From: Candidatus Omnitrophota bacterium
GTDB lineage: Bacteria > Omnitrophota > Omnitrophia > Omnitrophales > Aquincolibacteriaceae
Length of the DNA: 64,000 nt
Direction: 5' to 3'
NCBI GenBank assembly: GCA_043808175.1
Contig: JAZDFE010000040.1
Coordinates: forward strand, 1,410 to 65,409
The position numbers were made by a program, and so were the translations under genes. Positions 1 to 8,707 of this stretch are shown here, piece by piece; the stretch's first letter is position 1, and each line of letters opens with the position of its first letter. The notes beneath the pieces were generated by a model, which saw only the letters and a program-made list of their open reading frames with translations, searched no databases and was not told the DNA's origin.

Positions 1-3000
1 GTTAGAATTCAAATCCAATTCGCCCGCGTTTACAGTCGTAAGTCCGGTGTAGGGGTTGTCGCCGCTTAAAATAAGAGTGCCCGCGCCGGTCTTGGTGAGC
101 GAGCTCCCGGCGTTGTTGTTGATCGGGATGAGGATCGTTAATTCATCATATGCGCCATCCGTGCGGATCACCAATTCAGCGCCGGCCGAGGCCTGAATGC
201 CCGCGCCTAGTTCGAAGCTGCTGATCTGGGCTCCTTCTGAATTGCCTGTTTTGAGAATGCCATCGACAGTAACAATCTGGTTCTCGGCGAGAAAAAAATC
301 ACTATTGCCGCTAATGTTGAGGGTAGTAAAAGTGGCCGTGGCCTGGGCAGTAATATCGCCTGTGATCTGCTGATGCGCGACGCCGGCAAGAGTGTCCGTC
401 GTGCCGCTGGATGTAGCTCCCGTGTCGTTGCTATAGTCTATGGTGCGGACATAACCGCCGGCGTCATTCCACGCGTAGGCGCTGCCGCCGAAGAAAATAC
501 CTTTATTAATGAAGCCGGCGCCAGCGCCGGTGAGCACTATTTTGTTGTTGGATGTCCCGCCGCTACCGATAATCCCGCCATAAACGTCAAAGTTCCCCGT
601 CGCACCCGCCACGCGCGCGGCCAGCGACGAAAAGGTCAGCGTGACGTTGTATGGCGCTCTGAGGATCGTCTGCACAGTACCATCCCCTGCGCTAAAAGTC
701 AGAGCTCCTAGGCTTTGGCTTCTGTCGCCACCGGAACCCGTGTTGTCGTAGGTGAATGTGCCCGTGCCGCCAAATGTCAGCGCCGAGGCGGCATTTAAAC
801 TGCCGGTAGTGGCGGCTATTTTCAACGAGCCGCCATCGACAATCGTTGTGCCCGCGTAGGTGTTGACGCCGGAGAGTGTCACTATGCCGCTGGTGGTCTT
901 CATCAGGCCATTGTCCGCAGCGTCGTCGTTTAAGATCGCGGAAACAGCGCCGGATTGCATGTCGAAGGCATTTGTGGTGGTCAATATACCGGTGGTGCCG
1001 CTGATCGTGCCTCCGGTTAGTTGCACGTTTGTTACGGCTTCATTAAATCCTTGGATGCTAAATGTGCCGCCGCTGACAGCAACGCTCGCGGTATCGGCAA
1101 TCTGGTTTGCTTGCAGTAGTTTTACTGTACCGCCCGAGATCGTCAAATCACCATTGATCGCGGTACCGGCAGAATTCAAATCCAATTCGCCCGCGTTTAC
1201 GGTGGTCTCGCCTGTGTAGGTATTGGCGCCGCTTAAGATAAGAGTGCCCGCGCCGGACTTGGTCAGCCCGTTCGTGCCGTTTACGAGAATCGGCGTGCTG
1301 ATCGTCAATGCATCATTTGCGCCATCCGTACGGATCACAAAGTCCCAATCGTTCGCCGCCTGAATGCCTGTGCCGCCGCTGATCGTCGCTCCGCCGGCGG
1401 TGTTGCCTGTTTTGAGAATGCCGTTGACCGTAACGGTCTGACCTCCTGCGAGCTCAAAATTATTGTTGCCGCTAATGTTGAGGGTAGTGAAAGTGGCTGT
1501 GTTCTGGCCGGCGATGGCGCCTGTGATCTGCTGATGCGTGGCGCTGCCAAGAGTACCGCCGCCGGCGTTGGTTACAGCTCCCGCGTCGGTGCCGTAAACG
1601 ATGCCTCGGACATAGCTGGCGGCATCGTACCATGCGTAGGCACTGCCTCCGAAGAATATGGCCGGATCAATGAAGCCGGCCGTAAAGCCGGTGAGAACAA
1701 TTTTGTTGGTTGCGTTAGTCCCGCCGGAAATGATAAAGTTCCCCGTCACACCATCCGAGCCGCCCAGCGAAGCAAAGGTCAGGGTGGTAGTCCCTGAACC
1801 GCCGTAAGTAGATTGCACAGTCGCATCGCCGCCGTCCACGATCAGAGCGCCCATGCTCTGGGAAGAGCCGGCCGCTTCATTAAAATTGACCGTGCCGCCG
1901 CTGCCTAGAAATGTCAGCGCCGTACCTGTGGTACCATTAAGGCTGCCCGTTGTTCCATCGCCAATTTGCAATGTGCCGCCGGTTACTGCGGTCTCGCCGG
2001 TGTAAGTGTTCACGCCGGTGAGCTGTAGCGTTCCCGCGCCGGCCTTGACCAAGCCGACTCCTGCAGCACCACTAATGATGCCGCCGATGGTCAGCGTATT
2101 GGCCTCGACAGTCACTGTCCGGGTGGCAGCGCCAAGCGCCACCGTGCCCGTGCCAACATTGAAATTATTAGTACCCGTGAAGGTGAAGTCGTTGTTTATG
2201 ACAACATTGTTGTTTCGCGTGTTTGTGCCGCCACCGAGGGGGACGTCGAACGTGATGAGGTCGCCCGGTGAGCCTCCGAGGGTAAACGTACCCCAGCCGA
2301 GGGCATCTACGGCGCAGAGATTCAGCGTGCCCATGATGAGAGACACACCGCCAGTGAACGTGTTCACGCCGCCTAATTGAAGAGTGCCTGCGCCCTCCTT
2401 TTCCAAACCGTAGTTATTACCACCATCGCTAATGGTACCGGTGGTGGACAGCACGCTTCCGTCTACGGTAACCATGACTGCCCCATCACCCCACAATGTC
2501 ATGCCGCCAGCCCCGAGATCGAGATCGTCGACACTCGTATAAGTGAAATCACCTTTCGCATCGATCGCGTTGCCATTATCCAGCGTTATGAGGCCACCGC
2601 TTGTGTTACCGAGCGTCTTGACGTAGTCCGTGACTCCGAGAACATCGCCGATGGTGAAAGTACCGGCCGCACCGCCCAGCGCTGTATTGCTGTTGATGTT
2701 CAGCGTGCCCTCCTGGAAAATCGTCCCGCCGGTGTAGGTGTTGTTGCCGGAGAGAGTCCACGTGCCGCATTCTAGCTTGATCACAGACAGGTTGCCGCCG
2801 GCTCCTCCGTTACCGATGATGCCGGAGATCTCGTTATTACCTGTGCTGGTACCCTCGAGCCAAAGCGTCGTGGTGTTCCCACCCGTGGATACGCCTGTCA
2901 CGCCACCACCGATTTTTAGAAGGCTGACAGCTGACCCGTAGGCATCGAAGTAAGCATTGCCGCCGACGCCCTGAATCTCAATCGCCGAATCGATCGTGTC

Positions 3001-3342
3001 GGTATGAGCGCCATTTCCCGCGTTGGTGCTGATCCAACCGTCATCTTCCAAGAGCAGGTTGCCGCCGGTGAGCGTGTATCCGGCAGGTTCTGGGTTATTG
3101 AATAAGATACCGAAGATGCTCCGATTGTCATCGACCGTGACAGTACGATTAACATGGGCCATGAGCCACCGGTCAAAGTTCGCGGTGCCGCCGGTGCCAG
3201 GGATAAGTCCGCCGGCCCAATCTGCTGGGACAATCCAGGAGCCATCAGCATCCGCATTCCACGAACCATCGACCGCGAACGCGGGAGTGACGGGTGAGAA
3301 AACGAGGGAAAGAATCGCGACGACGGCCAGGAATTTTTTCAT
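1..3342 (-). CDS. Large secreted adhesin-like protein with autotransporter-associated beta-strand (PATR-type) repeats; only the 5' part is in the window (3' end runs off the left edge)
   Basis: Hand translation of the minus strand from ATG 3342..3340 gives MKKFLAVVAILSLVFSPVTPAFA (Sec-type signal peptide), then Gly/Thr/Asn-rich repeats such as GTWTLSGNNTYTGGTIFQEGTLNINS. No minus-strand ORF starting at 3342 is listed in the track, which is consistent with no stop before base 1 (3342 is a multiple of 3). The plus-strand ORFs 373..3361 are short, low-complexity shadows. Confidence 0.75.
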   Translation of the reverse strand, partial: MKKFLAVVAILSLVFSPVTPAFAVDGSWNADADGSWIVPADWAGGLIPGTGGTANFDRWLMAHVNRTVTVDDNRSIFGILFNNPEPAGYTLTGGNLLLEDDGWISTNAGNGAHTDTIDSAIEIQGVGGNAYFDAYGSAVSLLKIGGGVTGVSTGGNTTTLWLEGTSTGNNEISGIIGNGGAGGNLSVIKLECGTWTLSGNNTYTGGTIFQEGTLNINSNTALGGAAGTFTIGDVLGVTDYVKTLGNTSGGLITLDNGNAIDAKGDFTYTSVDDLDLGAGGMTLWGDGAVMVTVDGSVLSTTGTISDGGNNYGLEKEGAGTLQLGGVNTFTGGVSLIMGTLNLCAVDALGWGTFTLGGSPGDLITFDVPLGGGTNTRNNNVVINNDFTFTGTNNFNVGTGTVALGAATRTVTVEANTLTIGGIISGAAGVGLVKAGAGTLQLTGVNTYTGETAVTGGTLQIGDGTTGSLNGTTGTALTFLGSGGTVNFNEAAGSSQSMGALIVDGGDATVQSTYGGSGTTTLTFASLGGSDGVTGNFIISGGTNATNKIVLTGFTAGFIDPAIFFGGSAYAWYDAASYVRGIVYGTDAGAVTNAGGGTLGSATHQQITGAIAGQNTATFTTLNISGNNNFELAGGQTVTVNGILKTGNTAGGATISGGTGIQAANDWDFVIRTDGANDALTISTPILVNGTNGLTKSGAGTLILSGANTYTGETTVNAGELDLNSAGTAINGDLTISGGTVKLLQANQIADTASVAVSGGTFSIQGFNEAVTNVQLTGGTISGTTGILTTTNAFDMQSGAVSAILNDDAADNGLMKTTSGIVTLSGVNTYAGTTIVDGGSLKIAATTGSLNAASALTFGGTGTFTYDNTGSGGDRSQSLGALTFSAGDGTVQTILRAPYNVTLTFSSLAARVAGATGNFDVYGGIIGSGGTSNNKIVLTGAGAGFINKGIFFGGSAYAWNDAGGYVRTIDYSNDTGATSSGTTDTLAGVAHQQITGDITAQATATFTTLNISGNSDFFLAENQIVTVDGILKTGNSEGAQISSFELGAGIQASAGAELVIRTDGAYDELTILIPINNNAGSSLTKTGAGTLILSGDNPYTGLTTVNAGELDLNSN
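4..2337. repeat. In-frame tandem duplication (period 1167 bp = 389 codons) inside the PATR adhesin gene
   Basis: agaattcaaatccaattcgcccgcgtttac occurs at 4 and again at 1171. The following ~600-700 nt of each unit align with roughly 80% identity by eye (compare shadow ORFs 207..389 and 1335..1550). The distal part of each unit is more diverged. Confidence 0.7.
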
Positions 3343-3522
3343 AGGGGGGGGAGCTCCGTGAATTTTTGGATAAAAAAGGCCTGAAGCTTTTTTCAAAATG
3401 GGGTTCATCCTGATTTCTATTTTGTTGTTCCCGCTCAAGACAGAATCGAGATAACGCGCTAGAAAGAATACAAAGCCATCGGACTTCTATATATGTACGG
3501 CAAGCAGCGCATAACCCTAAGC

Positions 3523-3597
3523 GTCCTGGTTCTCAATTAAACGGTTAACCAGGACAGTCCAAACTTTTCACTTCTTTTCCAAAATGGTAGTTTGGAC
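3523..3597. repeat. Double-hairpin intergenic element, copy A (related to 14756..14836)
   Basis: gtcctggtt (3523-3531) pairs with aaccaggac (3547-3555). It is immediately followed by gtccaaac (3557-3564) pairing with gtttggac (3590-3597). The core GTCCTGGTTCTCA...GTTAACCAGRACAGTCC is shared with the reverse complement of 14791-14836. Confidence 0.5.
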
Positions 3598-3768
3598 AGC
3601 TCCAGTCGTCATTCAAGAAAAGAAAGACTTGGAGGAAGTGTATACCCATCCCCGGGATGACACAACTTTTTTATTCCTTTACCCTTCCCCACCCCCTAAA
3701 ACCATCGCGGGTTTGACCCAGACGGATCAAACCCGCGACAATAAAAGTTCGTTTCAGAATACGCGCGG

Positions 3769-4149
3769 TCAAATGCTCTCCGCCGGTTTCGAAACGCTTG
3801 TTCCCGTCTCCAGGCCCAGGCTGCGCGCACGCTCTCCCTGGATATACTGGGACATCACTCTGACGTTTTGGGACAGGCTGGTCTTCTGCTCGTCGGTAAG
3901 CTTGTCTTTCGGACCTGGAAGCTGGATCTGGCTGACGGGGAAAAGAAGCGCGGCTTCATTGCTCGGCACCAGCACGTCGATCCGGCCGTTCACGCTGTTC
4001 AGACGGTAAAGAACGCCTTCATAGCCATAAAGTGAATACATTTCCGGCGAGACCGACTTTCCGGTATTTTCCATCCCGGCCTTGATGAAAAATGAAGAAA
4101 CGATCAAAGCGACGGCAATGACCGCCGCAATAATAATGTTGCCTTTCAT
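3769..4149 (-). CDS. Hypothetical small membrane-anchored protein
   Basis: 126-aa ORF with an N-terminal hydrophobic helix (IIIAAVIAVALIVSSFFI) and AAGGAG 8 nt upstream of the ATG. I recognise no family. Confidence 0.6.
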   Translation of the reverse strand: MKGNIIIAAVIAVALIVSSFFIKAGMENTGKSVSPEMYSLYGYEGVLYRLNSVNGRIDVLVPSNEAALLFPVSQIQLPGPKDKLTDEQKTSLSQNVRVMSQYIQGERARSLGLETGTSVSKPAESI

Positions 4150-4742
4150 GGGGGTGACTCCTTTTTGTTTTGTTGAGTTGAAATGGGTTAAAGTTCTTTT
4201 AAAACCGACAAATCCAGCGTGTTTCTATAAAAAAACGAGGCAAGAAGTGTGCGGCCTTAAGGAACAGGATTCTATACCAGCCGCACAGCAACATGCAACT
4301 GCTTTCATCACTCCCTCCGTGTCTCATACTCACTAACGCTGCGCAATTCAGCCCCCGAAGCGGCCACTGCCTGCCTAACGAAAGGATGCTATTTTCGGTT
4401 CGAGATTACCGCTCTATCGGAAGGCATAACTATTCTTTCTGCTACCTCTTTTTAGGAGGATCGAACCCGTAAGCATGTATACTGCTCCCCGTTTAGTTAA
4501 GGCCCAAATAGTGTAGACGTCCATCAAAGGATGTGGAGGAACACAACTTCCCCACGGAACGTAGGCTACGGAGGCTTGCGGTGATGGATGGGGCTGAGCA
4601 GCAGGCGGAGTTTAATCGGCTTCGGCAGGAGTCGAAACCTGAAACGAGGTTGGTTGAGTAAGCCGTTGATAATTCGCCCTACCCCCTACAGCACTACATC
4701 TTTGCTGCTAGCGTTTCCCATTAACCGTTTCCCGATTTTTTA

Positions 4743-5978
4743 TTAGAAATCGTAACGAACAGACCCGTAATAGGTGTTCGACATGAACTGATCCTTCAGC
4801 TCCATATCCCAGTTCCCTGTCACGGTCATGTTCCCTTTGTTCAGAAATGCAAGCTCGCCGCCAAAAAGCATCCCGTTCTTCGCGGGTTTCGCTCCCCTGG
4901 TCGTAAAAACACCCCCGCCGCCGGCAAAAGAGGCCGTTGTCTCGAAACGATCCCCCAGGTAGTCATAGAGCCAGGCCGCTTTGACCGAAGGGATGAAAGT
5001 CCCGGCTTTCTCAGACACCATTGGATACACGAGCTTCATCCCAAGAGACTGCTCAAGTTGATGGAATCCTTCGCCGTCCACATTGAGATTGAGCGCGTTC
5101 GCGCCCTTTTCCTTGTAGCTGTTCATGTACAGGTAGTTGTAACCGATCGATGCGAAGGGCGTCACTTCCAACTCTTTCGTTTCCTCGAGCGTGAGCGTAT
5201 AACCCGCCTCAAAGTTTGTGGAATACTGCTGGCCATAATGATCGGCTTTCGCGACACGCTTGTTCGCCGGAGTAAGCCAGCTCTCACGCCGACTGTCGAA
5301 ATTATTCTGCGTGAAGGAGAACATCCCGTCCACATACCAGGAATCCTCGACCTGACTGCGTACAGCCTCGTAGGACTTCTTCCCGCCCTGACGCGCTTTG
5401 TTGAGATCCAGAGAATCGTAACTCCCGTAAATCGTCCCCTGGTAGCTATTGATATCATCGGAGGGACTACCCGGCGTTTTTGATTTCACACCTGCCCAAC
5501 CATAACCGCCGGCAAGACCCATGCGCCAATGGTTATCGAGCATCTTATCCACGCCGATCGTGGTTCCCCAAGTGTTCGCCTTGTAACCTTCGATCCCCTT
5601 GCACGTATCCTGTTCGATATGACTTCCGAGACCCTGCATCCAGACCCCTACGCCATTCGTCATATCCCCGCTTGAAACGCCCGAAGGAGCCGAGCCGTTC
5701 CTCGCACCGCCTAACCGGTTGCTGATCATCGTGAACGAATTCTCCGTCAGCGCACGGCTTACATCTGCCACTCCCGAACTCACATCCGGCACCATCGTAT
5801 CCAGCGCATTTCCAAGATCCTCTGAAGAAAGACCGTCCAGCGTATTCAACGCATACAGCATATCCCCCGTCGCACCGGCCGCACCCGCCGGTGGGCAAAA
5901 GACAAAAGACTTTTCTTTTGCGGTGAACGGATGTATCATTTTATCCACTATGCACCCAACCACGAAAGATAATGTCAT
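4743..5978 (-). CDS. Autotransporter outer-membrane beta-barrel domain protein, 5'-truncated (no signal peptide, no passenger); possibly a gene fragment
   Basis: The C-terminus ...NTYYGSVRYDF ends in an aromatic residue with alternating beta-strand patterns, as in autotransporter translocator domains. A linker-like region (LGNALDTMVPDVSSGVADVSRAL) precedes it. Family-like sequence begins only at about aa 29; the first ~28 codons are antisense to the recombinase upstream region. Confidence 0.6.
   Translation of the reverse strand: MTLSFVVGCIVDKMIHPFTAKEKSFVFCPPAGAAGATGDMLYALNTLDGLSSEDLGNALDTMVPDVSSGVADVSRALTENSFTMISNRLGGARNGSAPSGVSSGDMTNGVGVWMQGLGSHIEQDTCKGIEGYKANTWGTTIGVDKMLDNHWRMGLAGGYGWAGVKSKTPGSPSDDINSYQGTIYGSYDSLDLNKARQGGKKSYEAVRSQVEDSWYVDGMFSFTQNNFDSRRESWLTPANKRVAKADHYGQQYSTNFEAGYTLTLEETKELEVTPFASIGYNYLYMNSYKEKGANALNLNVDGEGFHQLEQSLGMKLVYPMVSEKAGTFIPSVKAAWLYDYLGDRFETTASFAGGGGVFTTRGAKPAKNGMLFGGELAFLNKGNMTVTGNWDMELKDQFMSNTYYGSVRYDF
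5895..5921. other. Imperfect 27-bp palindrome at the autotransporter-truncation / recombinase junction (candidate att-type site or operator)
   Basis: gcaaaagacaaaag-a-cttttcttttgc. The outer 8 bp are perfect (gcaaaaga at 5895-5902, tcttttgc at 5914-5921). It lies 29 bp upstream of the recombinase ATG, exactly where beta-barrel homology stops. Confidence 0.35.
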
Positions 5979-7821
5979 TAATTGTGCGATTTATACACGG
6001 GTCTCGGTGGACGAGCGGGCGGAAACGCAAACGTATTCCACGCTCGATAACCAGCGGGATAGTTGTACTGCCTACATCGAAAGTCAAAAATCCCTTGGAT
6101 GGAAGGTCTTCAAGGTCTATGAGGATGCCGGGCAGTCCGGGGGATCGCTCAATCGCCCTGCCCTGAAGCAGCTTATCGAAGATATCAAGCGGAAGCGCAT
6201 CCAAACTGTGATGGTCTACAAGATCGACCGCCTCACCCGCAACCACAAAGATTTTTATTCCCTTCTTGAAGTTTTCAATGAACATGACGTCAAATTCGTT
6301 TCCACTACCCAGCATTTCGACACGGCCTCTCCGGCAGGGCGGCTCCTTCTTCACGTCATGCTGGAATTTGCCCAATTCGAACGGGAAATGTCACAGGAGC
6401 GGACTTACGACAAACGCTTTGCCATGGCCAAACGAGGCATGTGGTGCGGAGGATTTGTCCCTCTTGGATATATCGTGAAAAAAAAGAAACTTGTGATCCA
6501 TAAGGAAGAAGCCAAGATCGTGCAACTCTGCTTTGAGCTTTACCCCAAGCTGGCCTCCATGGGGAAGATCGCCGAAAAGCTCAACGAAATGGGCTATCGG
6601 ACCAAAAAATTCTACGTCCGAGGGAAAGATGCTGCCGGAAGCACAAAATTCGACAAGAAAAAGATCTCGAACATTCTGACGAATCATTTTTATATCGGGA
6701 AAGTCCGGTTCAAGGACAAGGACGGGAAACAATACATTTTCGACGGGGAGCAGAAGCCTATTATTACAGACAAAAAGCTTTGGGACAGCGTTCAGAACAT
6801 TTTGGTGAGTAACCGCGAGACCCACAAAACCTTCAAACAGAATAAATATGAAATGCTCTTCCTGGGTCTTGTGACATGCGGGCACTGCAGGAGCACCATG
6901 ACCAACTCTTCCAAGGAAAAAAAGGGCAAGATGTACCTTTATTACCGGTGCACCGCGGCGGTCATCAAGGACAAAAAGGCCTGCCCGGTCCGTACTGTTT
7001 CGGCGGATGAACTGGAAGACTTCCTCATTCAAAAATTCAAGGAACTCGGAGAAAATCCAACCCTTCTAGAAAAATCCATCGAGAAGGCCAATGGTATGGC
7101 TAAACAAGGCCTGGAACCTCTCAGACGGGACAAGGAACGCGCCGGATCACAGCTTGTAAAGATTGACCGGCAGTTAAAGCATTTGGTCGAATTTATCAAA
7201 ACGGGAGAATGTTCAGACAAGAAGAGATCGCGCGGGATCGTGAAGGAAATGTCCGATCTTGAAGACTCAAAAGAGAAACTGGAAGATGAGATCCACCGGA
7301 TCGATACCAACATGCAGCATTTGAGCCAGCATGTGATCGATGCGGATACCTTTGCGAGGCTCTTTAAGGAATTCCCGAAGGTCTTCGAGACGTTTTCTTT
7401 CGATGAGAAGAGGAATCTGATCTTGCTGCTTGTGAAGGAAGTGATCTATACGCCTACCAAACTGAGAGTTTTATTTTGGGGAGATATTCCTGAAATGGCT
7501 TTTAATCTGAAAAACCCGCCGGACTGGACCCCGCCGCCGGATGGCGGCGATACGCCCTACACTCCTAAAGGCTCCGATGGATCAAGTGTAGAAGCGCCCG
7601 TGCGAACCAGATACTTGGTTCGCACGGGCGTGTTGAATGGCTCCCCCGCCTGGGATCGAACCAGGGACACTGCGGTTAACAGCCGCATGCTCTACCAGCT
7701 GAGCTACAGGGGAATAACTTTTGAAAGAACAGCGATATTACTTTCGGAGGGGTTAATTATAAAGATTGCGGCCTTAGGGTCAATGGGTGTTTTTGGCCTT
7801 TGCTTTCCGCCTTCCAGCTGA
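5950..7821 (+). CDS. Large serine recombinase (resolvase/invertase N-domain + recombinase domain + zinc-ribbon)
   Basis: Starts at the internal ATG 5950 (MHPTTKDNVINCAIYTRVSVDE...). It has the catalytic Y-x-R-x-S motif, then DRLTRN, a recombinase domain, and the Cys cluster CGHC...CTAAVIKDKKAC. The listed ORF start 5719 is antisense to the beta-barrel gene. The 3' end is uncertain because the frame stays open through the tRNA on the other strand until 7821. Confidence 0.85.
   Translation: MHPTTKDNVINCAIYTRVSVDERAETQTYSTLDNQRDSCTAYIESQKSLGWKVFKVYEDAGQSGGSLNRPALKQLIEDIKRKRIQTVMVYKIDRLTRNHKDFYSLLEVFNEHDVKFVSTTQHFDTASPAGRLLLHVMLEFAQFEREMSQERTYDKRFAMAKRGMWCGGFVPLGYIVKKKKLVIHKEEAKIVQLCFELYPKLASMGKIAEKLNEMGYRTKKFYVRGKDAAGSTKFDKKKISNILTNHFYIGKVRFKDKDGKQYIFDGEQKPIITDKKLWDSVQNILVSNRETHKTFKQNKYEMLFLGLVTCGHCRSTMTNSSKEKKGKMYLYYRCTAAVIKDKKACPVRTVSADELEDFLIQKFKELGENPTLLEKSIEKANGMAKQGLEPLRRDKERAGSQLVKIDRQLKHLVEFIKTGECSDKKRSRGIVKEMSDLEDSKEKLEDEIHRIDTNMQHLSQHVIDADTFARLFKEFPKVFETFSFDEKRNLILLLVKEVIYTPTKLRVLFWGDIPEMAFNLKNPPDWTPPPDGGDTPYTPKGSDGSSVEAPVRTRYLVRTGVLNGSPAWDRTRDTAVNSRMLYQLSYRGITFERTAILLSEGLIIKIAALGSMGVFGLCFPPSS
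7595..7630. other. Perfect 14-bp stem / 8-nt loop hairpin between the recombinase domain end and the tRNA-Asn 3' end
   Basis: cgcccgtgcgaacc (7595-7608) + agatactt + ggttcgcacgggcg (7617-7630). There is no clear U-tract on either strand, so it could be a tRNA terminator or a recombination-site element. Confidence 0.4.
7638..7713 (-). tRNA. tRNA-Asn (anticodon GTT), CCA encoded
   Basis: The reverse complement reads TCCCCTG TA GCTC AGCTGGTA GAGC A TGCGG CTGTTAA CCGCA GTGTC CCTGG TTCGATC CCAGG CGGGGGA G CCA. This is a complete 76-nt cloverleaf with anticodon loop CT-GTT-AA. Confidence 0.9.
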
Positions 7822-7869
7822 TATATTTCCATCCTGTCGTTCACTCTTTATCAAACCTGATATCAGGAG

Positions 7870-8628
7870 ATGCCTTTTATGTATAAACTCGTTTTGCTCC
7901 GTCACGGAGAAAGTATCTGGAATAAAGAGAATCGGTTCACCGGTTGGCATGATGTGGATCTCTCGGAAAAAGGCCTCGGGGAAGCCAGGGACGGTGGCCA
8001 GCTCCTTAAAAAAGAAGGCTACGTTTTCGACATCGCGTTCACCTCGGTCCTGAAACGCGCCATCCGGACCCTCTGGATCGTCCTCGATCAAATGGACCTT
8101 ATGTGGATCCCGGTCATCCGGGACTGGCGCTTGAACGAACGCCATTATGGTTCCCTGCAAGGGTTGAACAAGTCCGAGACCGCGGCCAAGTACGGCGAAG
8201 AACAGGTCAAGATCTGGCGCCGGAGTTATGACGTCCCGCCGCCGGCCCTTGAGGAAAGCGATCCGAGAAATCCGGCCAAGGACCCGCGCTACCAAAGTTT
8301 CAGAAAAAGCGACCTTCCGCTCACGGAATGTCTCAAAGACACGGTCGTGCGCGTCCTCCCTTTCTGGCATGACGTCGCAGCCCCCATGATCAAGGCCGGG
8401 AGAAAAGTCCTCATCGCGGCTCACGGCAACAGCCTCCGCGCACTCGTGAAATATTTAGACAATATCTCGGAGCAGGAGATCCTCGGCATGAACATCCCGA
8501 CCGGCATCCCGCTGGTTTACGAACTCAATGAGAACCTCAAACCGATCCGGCACTATTATCTCGGCGATCCCGAGAAGATCAAGGCCGCCATGGACGCGGT
8601 GGCGAACCAGGGGAAAGCTAAAAAATAA
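7870..8628 (+). CDS. gpmA: 2,3-bisphosphoglycerate-dependent phosphoglycerate mutase
   Basis: [29 protein letters not shown] with the RHGE catalytic motif; full-length dPGM-like. Confidence 0.95.
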   Translation: MPFMYKLVLLRHGESIWNKENRFTGWHDVDLSEKGLGEARDGGQLLKKEGYVFDIAFTSVLKRAIRTLWIVLDQMDLMWIPVIRDWRLNERHYGSLQGLNKSETAAKYGEEQVKIWRRSYDVPPPALEESDPRNPAKDPRYQSFRKSDLPLTECLKDTVVRVLPFWHDVAAPMIKAGRKVLIAAHGNSLRALVKYLDNISEQEILGMNIPTGIPLVYELNENLKPIRHYYLGDPEKIKAAMDAVANQGKAKK

Positions 8629-8644
8629 GCCTCTCGGACACAAA

Positions 8645-8680
8645 AAAGGCCTATTCCCTCCAAAGGAAATAGGCCTTTTT
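8645..8680. terminator. Bidirectional rho-independent terminator between gpmA and rubrerythrin
   Basis: aaaggcctatt / aataggccttt stem, flanked by an A-run upstream and ttttttattt downstream; sits between convergent genes. Confidence 0.7.
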
Positions 8681-8707
8681 TATTTGAAATGCGGCGATCT
8701 TAAAGAG

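Larger units (their letters stand above)
5895..7637. mobile_element. Serine-recombinase-bearing end of a putative integrative element / genomic island abutting the 3' end of tRNA-Asn (extent unknown)
   Basis: A large serine recombinase lies directly between a truncated gene and the 3' end of a tRNA. Adhesin-type cargo is to the left and housekeeping genes to the right. No direct-repeat boundary was identified in the window. Confidence 0.3.

Noticed and set aside
207-3361. Plus- and minus-strand ORFs in the first 3.3 kb (373..711, 860..1219, 2006..2380, 2377..2775, 2916..3269, etc.)
   Set aside because: These are shadows of the unlisted minus-strand PATR adhesin frame (ATG 3342, open to base 1). 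Their sequences are Pro/Ala/Ser/Val-rich repeats mirroring the Gly/Thr/Asn codons of the real frame.
4380-4480. tRNA-like T-arm string (ggaggatcgaacccgtaagc; reverse complement gcttacgggttcgatcctcc). I also considered tmRNA or RNase P RNA in 4330-4740 (aaggcccaaatag, gtaggctacggaggcttg resemble RNase P fragments)
   Set aside because: No complementary T-stem, acceptor stem or cloverleaf can be drawn. The universal RNase P GAGGAAAGTCC block and tmRNA termini are absent.
5719-5949. N-terminal 77 codons of the listed recombinase ORF
   Set aside because: This part is antisense to the autotransporter linker/barrel coding sequence. The conserved resolvase N-terminus (AIYTRVS) starts right after the internal ATG at 5950.
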